Shown: one piece after another, positions 6,892 through 14,481 of the stretch | Numbering within the stretch: the stretch's first letter is position 1 | Layout of the letters: every line of letters starts with the position of its first letter | Assembly: GCF_000009705.1 (NCBI RefSeq) | Contig: NC_003272.1 | Location: forward strand, 2,550,001 to 2,582,000 | Length of the DNA: 32,000 nt | Source of the DNA: Nostoc sp. PCC 7120 = FACHB-418 | GTDB lineage: Bacteria; Cyanobacteriota; Cyanobacteriia; Cyanobacteriales; Nostocaceae | Direction: 5' to 3' | The notes under the pieces: model-generated | Seen by the model: only the letters and a program-made list of their open reading frames with translations | Told to the model about the DNA's origin: nothing | Databases searched by the model: none | Position numbers and translations under genes: made by a program

Positions 6892-8372
6892 TTGAATTGG
6901 AGCGAAGCGACGTGACTAACCTCAATACAAACCGCGTTGAACAGGTAGCGCGAGAAGATTTAGTAATGTTTATTAATGCTTGTCTTGCTTGCACTGGACA
7001 AAAAGAATTTTATGATGATGCCTATGGTCAACGAGTATCAATTGACTTTTTACACGATTATATTCTGGGTAATTACCGTTTACTTTATGCCCGGACTTTA
7101 GCCGCAGGTATCAACCATTTCAACCAAGCCCAAATTATCTTAAAATTACTGGCGACAGGAAAAGACACAATCCCCGAACATCGCCAAGAAGAAGGCGCAC
7201 TGATTGCTCATGCACTCAACGCCTTACCTCCACAACGAGCTTGGGGCGTTTTACAACAGTTAAGACAACGTAAAATTAATAATAGACGAAGTAGAGCGAT
7301 CGCCCGCGATTATTTAAGTATGCGGCGTGATATGAGTTTTGATGCTGTTAAGTATCGCGCAAAAGTGAGAGCGATCGCTACCCACGCCCACCTGAAACTA
7401 CAAGGTGAATTGGGTACTTTCCTTTTCCACAACTGGAAGCAAAAGTCTTACTCCACTGAGTTATTTGAACAGTTTCGCCAAGCACATTACAGCGCCGAAG
7501 CCATTTACAATTTGCCTTTTACCATCGCCGAAGGATTTGCAGTTAAACACAAAGTCCCCCGCGATGTCTTCTTATCCCGGATTCAACAGCAAATGACTTT
7601 AGGCGAAAAGCTGCGTTTGCAAGGTGCGGCGGAACGTAACGAAACTGATATCAATATAGATTTTGGTCGTCTTCCCTTAACCAAGTTGGCGTTATATATC
7701 TTGTCTTTACCTTGGGATATACGACAACAACAAAGAGATATTTTACATCAAGCCTTAGAGCGATCGGCACATCTAGCGTTAAAAAAAGCGCCCTTAAAAC
7801 TAGGAAAGGTTGCAGCCGTCTTGGATTGCAGTTATTCCAGTTCCGGCTCTAGTGAAAAGCGCCGCCGTCCCTTGGGTATAGCTATGGCTGCACACTACTT
7901 ATTACAAGCCGCCGCGCAAGAATATCAAGCTTTTTGGACAGTACCCGTAGAAGATTCACTGCAAGTAAACGCCCGTGGACAAACAGACTTAGCCACACCA
8001 CTGTTAGCCGCTTTGGGAACAGGAGCCGAGTTAATCATAATTATTTCCGACGGTTGCGAAAATGACCCACCCAATGGAGCTGCTGAAGTCCTACGCATCT
8101 ACCGGACTAAATTAGATCCCAGAGGGCAAACTTCTATCATTCATTGCAACCCTGTATTCAACTCCGATGACTTTTCCCTACGCACCCTCAGCCCAGCCGT
8201 CCCTACCGTAGGACTAAGAGACGCAGAAGATTTACCAACGATGCTCAACTTTGCTCGTTTTGCTGAAGGTTCTGCACCTTTATCAGAACTAGAAACATAT
8301 CTAGCACAACGAGTAGAGCAATTTTTAACAGCATCTTCTTTAACTGGCACATCTTTTCGTGTTGGCTGTTGA
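6885..8372 (+). CDS. Protein with Ro60-like architecture: ~300-aa helical (TROVE-like?) domain + C-terminal vWA domain
   Basis: 495-aa ORF. A MIDAS-type DxSxS motif is present (VAAVLDCSYSSSGS), followed by a hydrophobic strand plus acidic motif (LIIIISDGCEND), as in vWA folds. The N-terminal segment LVMFINACLACTGQKEFYDD resembles the RFLxLG..GTxYY region of bacterial Rsr. The true start is probably downstream of the inverted repeat, at GTG 6912 (GGAG 10 nt upstream) or ATG 6963. The TROVE assignment is by eye only. Confidence 0.75.
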   Translation: MNFELERSDVTNLNTNRVEQVAREDLVMFINACLACTGQKEFYDDAYGQRVSIDFLHDYILGNYRLLYARTLAAGINHFNQAQIILKLLATGKDTIPEHRQEEGALIAHALNALPPQRAWGVLQQLRQRKINNRRSRAIARDYLSMRRDMSFDAVKYRAKVRAIATHAHLKLQGELGTFLFHNWKQKSYSTELFEQFRQAHYSAEAIYNLPFTIAEGFAVKHKVPRDVFLSRIQQQMTLGEKLRLQGAAERNETDINIDFGRLPLTKLALYILSLPWDIRQQQRDILHQALERSAHLALKKAPLKLGKVAAVLDCSYSSSGSSEKRRRPLGIAMAAHYLLQAAAQEYQAFWTVPVEDSLQVNARGQTDLATPLLAALGTGAELIIIISDGCENDPPNGAAEVLRIYRTKLDPRGQTSIIHCNPVFNSDDFSLRTLSPAVPTVGLRDAEDLPTMLNFARFAEGSAPLSELETYLAQRVEQFLTASSLTGTSFRVGC

Positions 8373-8408
8373 CGGTTGACTGTTAACCGTTAACAGTCAA
8401 CCGTCAAC
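8368..8408. repeat. 41-bp near-perfect palindrome made of STRR3-like heptamers, overlapping the stop codon
   Basis: gttgacggttgactgttaac (8368-8387), then c, then gttaacagtcaaccgtcaac (8389-8408). This gives 20-bp perfect arms built from the heptad units GACGGTT/GACTGTT/AACAGTC/AACCGTC. There is no T-tract after it. Confidence 0.8.
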
Positions 8409-8470
8409 TGTTAACAAATCATACAAATGACTATGTATTTTAAAAGCGTAATCGCTGAATAAAAATTGCT

Positions 8471-9649
8471 ATGTCAAAAACTAAAAGTTTATTAACAGAT
8501 ATATCACTCAAAGGATTGGAAATTGCGCCTTCTCAAATACGTGGTGCAGTACGTATTGTGCCATTGTTGCGGCGAGAAGTGCGGGGTGATTTGCGTTTGC
8601 TGCGTCGTTCTTACGATGAAGATATTGCGGTGGTTTCCCTGGAGGGTCAAATAAGCAAACCGGGGATGAAATACTTCTCTTATGTCCCTCATGGCTTAGT
8701 CATGTCTTGGAGTGATGACGGTAGTCCAGTAGCCAGCTTTGGCGGACAGATGCTCAAGCCTGAGGGTAAAAGTTTTAATTCCTGTTGTGCAAGTGTGCGG
8801 TTAATGCACCGCATGGCGAAACGAGAATCAAGGAATCAACTGAGATTTTTACCTTTGCACTTAGCAATGGAAGGTTTCCTTTCGCTGTTTTTTTCAGGCC
8901 CAGATATTGCTTGGAGTGAATATTCTAAGTATGCTTTGTCTCACGGACTGGGTTCACGCTACGAATCATCTTTTAGTGGGCGTTACATTGCTGGGTTAGA
9001 AGATGCTTTACGGGTGTTTGAGATTCACGAAAGACAAGTTGGTGTATTGGTATTTGTCGCTGAAGCTTTAGCCTCTGCTTTTGTCGTTCCCACACCTGAA
9101 GACTACCGCGCTCTGCACACCAGTCTTTTAGAAGACTTTTATGGTGAACTAATTTACGAGTACAGCTTGATGTATGGTGCAACTTTTCCAATGGCTACAT
9201 CTGTAGATGATGCCCAGATTAATAGTTTGACAGATTTAAGTGGAGCGATCGCCCAAATGCGATCAGATTGGGCTACATTCCAAGGATTCATGGCGGAAGG
9301 ATTGCTACAGCGCCAACTCCAATCCCAGAGAGTGTACACGGCTGGACAATTCCAACTGCAACGGTTCATTACTAATCTGCAACCTAAAGAAGAAAACCAT
9401 ATCGGTGAGGCGATTATTCGAGATAACGGAGAGTTAGAATATCTCAAAACTTACCGTCTATCAGCCGCCCAAACCCGTCGCGTGTACTTACTCAGCCAAC
9501 TAGCCGAATATAACTGGAATATTGATGCTACAGCCAAAGCCTTGGGACACACCCGCGATGAACTAGTTTCTCGCCTCGAAGCTTCAGGTTTTGGTTATCT
9601 ACTCAATCAACAAGTACGCGACGCAGCACGGAAAAAAGCGAAAAGGTGA
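8471..9649 (+). CDS. Uncharacterised 392-aa protein with a C-terminal Fis-type helix-turn-helix
   Basis: ATG ORF 98 nt after the vWA gene on the same strand. The C-terminus YNWNIDATAKALGHTRDELVSRLEASGFGY matches the pattern of Fis/NtrC-family HTH tails (NWN..AA..LG..R..L.RKL...G). The first ~330 aa were not recognised. Confidence 0.75.
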   Translation: MSKTKSLLTDISLKGLEIAPSQIRGAVRIVPLLRREVRGDLRLLRRSYDEDIAVVSLEGQISKPGMKYFSYVPHGLVMSWSDDGSPVASFGGQMLKPEGKSFNSCCASVRLMHRMAKRESRNQLRFLPLHLAMEGFLSLFFSGPDIAWSEYSKYALSHGLGSRYESSFSGRYIAGLEDALRVFEIHERQVGVLVFVAEALASAFVVPTPEDYRALHTSLLEDFYGELIYEYSLMYGATFPMATSVDDAQINSLTDLSGAIAQMRSDWATFQGFMAEGLLQRQLQSQRVYTAGQFQLQRFITNLQPKEENHIGEAIIRDNGELEYLKTYRLSAAQTRRVYLLSQLAEYNWNIDATAKALGHTRDELVSRLEASGFGYLLNQQVRDAARKKAKR

Positions 9650-9796
9650 AGGTGGGGAGGAATAGGAATAGACACTAGGATAAATGGGATGGGAATTTAA
9701 TAAAGAAAGTGGACTCTATCACGCTGCAACTTGAAACCCAGTAAGGACTAGAGACTAGCGTTCAGAGGGGGAGCAGGGAACAGGATTGAGGAATAA

Positions 9797-9827
9797 GGAC
9801 TGGGGACTGCCACTGAAACCCCAGTCC
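9797..9827. repeat. STRR1-based hairpin between convergent genes (possible bidirectional terminator)
   Basis: ggactgggg (9797-9805) faces ccccagtcc (9819-9827), a 9-bp stem with a 13-nt loop. CCCCAGT is the STRR1 heptamer. No clean U-tract follows. Confidence 0.3.
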
Positions 9828-9897
9828 CGCAGGCAAGAAATACGACTACTAAAAACCGAGGTCATGCCCCGGCTTGTTAGGTCTGTGTCGTCTCGAT

Positions 9898-10287
<390 letters not shown>

Positions 10288-10328
10288 TCAAGGGAGGGTC
10301 GACAGAACGCGACCGTAACCCCTCTAGA

Positions 10329-11441
10329 TTAGCGGCCGCCTATCGCCTGGGCGAGACCGAGGAAGAGCGGTATTGCCAAGCCAATGGCAATGGGTGTACC
10401 GATAGCTGTGGAGGCACCGATGTAGGCGGAGGGATTGGCCGACGGAATTCCGGCTCGCAACGTGGGTGGACCTGAGATGTCTGAACTGGAGGCGGCGATG
10501 ACGGCCAGGATCACAACACCGCCCAGGCTGAATCCCGTGGCGTAGTGGGCAATCATGCCGAGACCGAAGGCGATGAACCCATGCACCAACGGTGCCACTA
10601 CGCTATACACAACGTACCACTGGGCTACCTTCCGTAGTTCGCCAATCCTTGACCAAGCCTCCATACCCATAACCAGCATCAAGATCGAAAGCAAGCCTCG
10701 GAAGAGGGGGTCGTAGAAGCTTTTATAGACACTTTCCGGCTGGGTGAACAGGCCAAGAGCAATGCCGAGCAACATTGCCGATAGGGCAGGGCCCTGGAGG
10801 CTTTCCTTGACGATCGGCCATATTTTGACCCGATTATCAGCAGACTGCTGCTTGCGGAGATACTCTTGCCGACTGCTGGGATAATCCTGCTGATCGGGAT
10901 ACTCGCCTGCTGCAACACTCTGCTTGCTGAGATACTCGCCTGCTGCACTACGCTTCTTCTTGTTGAGATAAATGTTGGCCACCACAATCGCCGTTACGAG
11001 CGCGGGGATATCCATGAAGGGATAGAGTGCGGCTGCCCATGCCTCGTATTGGATTTTTTGTTCTTCCAGTAGCGTCAGGGCGGCAGCCATGGTAGAGCCA
11101 CTCACAGCACCAAACAACCCCCCGGTCGCAATCGCATCTACGGTGTTGACCTTCGGCAGCTTGGCCAAGGTATAGCGCGCGATGAATACAACAAGAACCC
11201 CTACTGCTACAGCAGACGCTGCGGGTAACACCATCTCTGTCAGGTTGGAATTGCGGATCGCAATACCACCGGTCAGACCGATTTTGGTGAGCAACATGAA
11301 GACGATGATCTGACAAATCGCCTCTGGAATTATCAATTCGCTACCGAGAGCGGCAATGACCATACCACCAATCAAAAACCCAAGTGTTGGGGACTGCAAC
11401 TGCTTAACGAAGTCCATTAAGAACAAGGAAAAAAAATCCAT
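10329..11441 (-). CDS. sbtA: Sodium-dependent bicarbonate transporter SbtA
   Basis: 370-aa polytopic membrane ORF with two homologous halves separated by a hydrophilic loop. The N-terminus is MDFF..FVKQLQSPTLGFLIGGM. The GGAGG ribosome-binding site is 7 nt upstream, and the gene pairs with sbtB. Confidence 0.9.
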   Translation of the reverse strand: MDFFSLFLMDFVKQLQSPTLGFLIGGMVIAALGSELIIPEAICQIIVFMLLTKIGLTGGIAIRNSNLTEMVLPAASAVAVGVLVVFIARYTLAKLPKVNTVDAIATGGLFGAVSGSTMAAALTLLEEQKIQYEAWAAALYPFMDIPALVTAIVVANIYLNKKKRSAAGEYLSKQSVAAGEYPDQQDYPSSRQEYLRKQQSADNRVKIWPIVKESLQGPALSAMLLGIALGLFTQPESVYKSFYDPLFRGLLSILMLVMGMEAWSRIGELRKVAQWYVVYSVVAPLVHGFIAFGLGMIAHYATGFSLGGVVILAVIAASSSDISGPPTLRAGIPSANPSAYIGASTAIGTPIAIGLAIPLFLGLAQAIGGR

Positions 11442-11661
11442 GAATACCTCCTTCTGCCTCCTCTAAAAAAGAGCGATTATTGTGATAAGTGAGCTTTAAG
11501 AAGTAAGGGTGCAACGCTTCAATCCTGCCGACAGGTGTTTCAAAGATGGCCGCTCTCCGAATGGGCCTGGAAGGTGTCGCTGTCCCACAGTAACTTCTAT
11601 AGATCAATATTTATTAAGAGCCAAAATTCTATGTACTTAAGTCAGATCTTTAAATTCGCAC

Positions 11662-11790
11662 AAATTTGCGATTGTTTTACATGGATATGCTAAGTAATTT
11701 CAAATTCAAATCATAAGTTTTCCTTTTATTTTCAGAAAATCCGTATATCTCTAGTCAGTGTAAATTGCGATTACAGAATTTTCTCTATAC
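11662..11790. repeat. 129-bp direct repeat, copy A (decayed copy of the 3' end of the 12564..12842 ORF)
   Basis: It aligns base for base with 12520-12648 (offset 858 bp) with scattered mismatches. In the frame equivalent to copy B, it reads TAG where copy B reads CAG (plus strand ctagtc vs ctggtc). Confidence 0.85.
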
Positions 11791-11871
11791 ACGGATATTG
11801 CACCGAGGACGGTATGGGATCAGCCAAATCGGAAGAGTTGCGTGGACACCAATCTTCTAGCAATGACTGAG

Positions 11872-12117
11872 CTAATCAATCCTCATTTCAGGGGGAGCTG
11901 TTGACGGTTCATAAGTCGTGGATGGACTGTAACTGGCGAGGTTAAACCACCCCACCGCCAGTAGGAGACTGAACCCACAGCCCAACAAAAAAGTCCAGGC
12001 GTGAGACGACTCGAGTACGCAGAGCAGGCGGCGATCGCTGCTATATACCTGCACTAGCCAGCCTTCGCTGGTGTTGTCAAATCTTGTCCGCAGTTTAGTT
12101 GAGTCAAACTTGTTCAT
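11872..12117 (-). CDS. Hypothetical small membrane protein (81 aa from ATG; the track's TTG start at 12222 gives 116 aa)
   Basis: ATG 12117 has GGAG about 10 nt upstream. There is one hydrophobic helix (AWTFLLGCGFSLLLAVGWF). The composition is GC-rich like sbtAB. No family recognised. Confidence 0.4.
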   Translation of the reverse strand: MNKFDSTKLRTRFDNTSEGWLVQVYSSDRRLLCVLESSHAWTFLLGCGFSLLLAVGWFNLASYSPSTTYEPSTAPPEMRID

Positions 12118-12519
12118 TGTGTATGCTCCATGCTGATCGAATGTTTGTGGCGGTGGCGGGTACTTGCACGCTACGATGGAAACACCTGTCAGAAATTCAC
12201 CTGTGAATGGAGAATATCTCAAGGAGAGAAACTGGGTCGCTCAAACCTGATATTGATGTCGAATAGAAGACAGACATCTATGCTTTCGCTTTGAACGATA
12301 TTTTTAACTTTATATAAGCGCATCAAAAAATCGGGCAAGAAATTCACGTTGTAATTCCTCCTTGATTCAGATATTAGGGGTTAAAACAATTCAAAATTGC
12401 AATCACTTAGAGCCTGATACCCAGAATTAATTCAAGATAAATCTTCTTCTTAGTTTTGCATTTTGCATTTTGAATTTAAAAAAGATCAGAACGGCAGGTA
12501 TGTGCCTAAGTTTATCTGA

Positions 12520-12648
12520 AAATTAGCGATCGCTTTACATGGATCTACTAAGTAATTTCAAATTCAAATCATAAGTTTTTCTTTTATTTTCAAAAAACCT
12601 GTATATCCCTGGTCAATGTAAATTGTGATCACAGAGTTTTCTCTATAC
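12520..12648. repeat. 129-bp direct repeat, copy B (overlaps the intact ORF 3' end)
   Basis: See copy A at 11662-11790. Confidence 0.85.
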
Positions 12649-12842
12649 GTTCTCAAAACCCCAGCAATTCTCATTTTGGCAAGAAGCTGTTCAAGCACTG
12701 AGAATCTCGGTATTGTGATGATATTTGAGAGATCCAAAAGAGCTAGAGCGTTTGCAAGAACGGGGTTTGTTCGTGTCAGAGCGATCGCCATAGTGCCATG
12801 ATTACTGCTGAAGTAGTTATAATTAATGACACTATCTTGCAA
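12564..12842 (-). CDS. Hypothetical protein (92 aa from TTG; an internal ATG gives ~75 aa)
   Basis: Support is the open reading frame alone, plus the fact that the paralogous copy A has lost this frame. No motif recognised. Confidence 0.35.
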   Translation of the reverse strand: MQDSVINYNYFSSNHGTMAIALTRTNPVLANALALLDLSNIITIPRFSVLEQLLAKMRIAGVLRTYRENSVITIYIDQGYTGFLKIKEKLMI

Positions 12843-12975
12843 TTAATAAGGGAAGTAGTCAGTAACTATCAAAGTATGAGGGATCACAAAGACAAAAATC
12901 TATCAAGTTGGCTTGGGCTAACTTCTCTAAAACAGTAGTTAAAGGTAGGTTGGGTGGAGGTGCATGAATTAATTT

Positions 12976-13781
12976 GTGGTAATGTTATCAATCTTCCGCA
13001 CCGTAACCCAACACCTAAACGTCATATTGGTCGAATCATTTATCAATAAATTTAGGGCGTTTTTTATTAATTCTGTGAGGTGCAGTTTCAAAATGACGAA
13101 AGACTATATGAGCGGGTATTTGCAGAATCTTGGTTATATTTCTATCGTAACCGGGATAGATTTAGTAATTTGCAAATTGTGATCATTTACCCATCCCGCA
13201 GTTTAGAACAAACTGATATTAGTCCTTACCTGAGTCAAATTAATAGCCCACAGGTGCATCGAATATATTTAGATGAGTTGGGAGATATTCGCCAATTACC
13301 TGTATGGGTTGCATTGATGATGTTGACTACAATTGATGAAGAACAAGCAACTGAAGAAGCTAGGTATTTATTAACCAGGAGTCAGCAGGAAACTCTGCAA
13401 CCAGAAAATCGCGCCATAATAGAGTTAATCACAACAATAATGGTGTACAAGTTTGAAGATAAGAGTCAACGGGAGGTAGAACAGATGTTGGGAATTACAC
13501 TACAAGAAACGCGGGTTTATCGGGAAATTAAGGAAGAAGGAATAAAAGAAGGAGAACAACGAGGACGAGAACAAGGACGAGAACAAGGACGGGAAGAAGG
13601 AGAAAAATCCCTCGTTTTGCGTCTATTATCCCGTAGAGTAGGGAAATTGCCGCACAAAGTACGATCGCGTATCGAATCCCTTCCCTTAGAACAATTGGAA
13701 AATCTGGGAGAAGCTTTGCTTGATTTTACCAGCATGGCTGATTTAGATGCTTGGTTGTCGGGATTGGATGGTAATTCTTAA
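12976..13781 (+). pseudogene. Rpn-family / DUF2887 + DUF4351-type protein (PD-(D/E)XK putative transposase-like), N-terminally degraded
   Basis: ORF 13080..13781 begins inside the conserved E-V-Q-F-Q block (FCEVQFQNDERLYERVFAE...VIIYPSRS), with a TAA immediately upstream. The expected ~60 N-terminal residues are missing or shifted into the 12976 frame. The C-terminus has the typical EGxxxG(R/E) repeat and the LLRLLSRRVG...LEQLENLGEALLDF tail. Confidence 0.6.
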
Positions 13782-14234
13782 AAAGCGATACCTGCGGTAA
13801 GCTGCGCTAACGCACTTCGAGGTAGTTACTAGGTGATCGCTAACACTAAGCTGTACGCTAACGCACATTTATTCCTAACCTATTTACAGTAGTTGGTACT
13901 TTATTCGTTTGCTTGTTGGGTTTCGCTGCGTTTCACCCAACCTACAAGATATGCGATCGCACTAATTTAATTGGAGATAATAATTGTGGGGGTCTGGACG
14001 GACAGGAAAATCCCTGTGATTTTTGGTGGGGGCAGGTAAAATATTATGCAACGCTTGCGATGTCACGGGTAGGTCGTGGTTTGGATTCGGTCAAAGAGTT
14101 TCTCAGTACTCTCACTCCTGACGAGCGTTGGGGGGTGCTGGTAGTCTTTGAGGAAGTACAGCCTGTGATGTTTGACCAATTGGTGGCAATCTTTTAAAGT
14201 GAGTTAACGCTAAATCAGTAGTAACATTACGCCG

Positions 14235-14357
14235 TGTGCAACTTTCTCTCAAACCTAACCCCCAACCCCTTCCCTGCGAGGGAAGGGGAGCAAGATTCAA
14301 AGCCTCTCTCCGCTTCGGGGAGAGGTTTGGAGAGGGGTTTCAAAAATAAGTTGCACA
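14235..14357. mobile_element. MITE-like element with terminal inverted repeats and two internal GC hairpins
   Basis: The termini are tgtgcaactt (14235-14244) and aagttgcaca (14348-14357). The internal hairpins are ccccttccctgcgagggaagggg and cctctctccgcttcggggagagg. Looser flanking symmetry (gttaacgc / taacattacg) suggests a larger palindromic context. Confidence 0.6.
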
Positions 14358-14481
14358 TCGCGTTAACATTCGTAATGTTTACGATTATGGTAATCGATCA
14401 CCAGCAATTCTCATAATAAGAATTATTATCACTATCATTAGCGTCTAGATATACTCTGCCCCATGCCTTTATCCACTTTTC

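Noticed and set aside
10679-11607. Alternative-frame ORFs 10679..10987, 10948..11316 and 11404..11607, and plus-strand ORF 10866..11072.
   Set aside because: They overlap the sbtA coding frame or its leader. They are Arg/Cys/Ser-rich, the low-complexity translations typical of out-of-frame GC-rich DNA.
11442-11660. Possible riboswitch or promoter in the ~200-nt sbtA leader. The minus-strand promoter candidate is TTGGCT (11624-11619), a 17-nt spacer, then TATAGA (11601-11596). A CCTG-tcgg-CAGG hairpin and an ATCAAT NdhR-like half-site are also present.
   Set aside because: I could not match any known riboswitch consensus (for example the c-di-AMP ydaO or Na+ motifs). The hexamers and half-site cannot be distinguished from chance in AT-rich DNA without transcription-start data.
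13913-14197. ORF 13913..14197 (94 aa).
   Set aside because: Its N-terminus is the translation of a dispersed hairpin repeat (gttgggtttcgctgcgtttcacccaac, 13915-13941). Only a 45-aa piece from ATG 14060 could be genuine, and nothing supports it.
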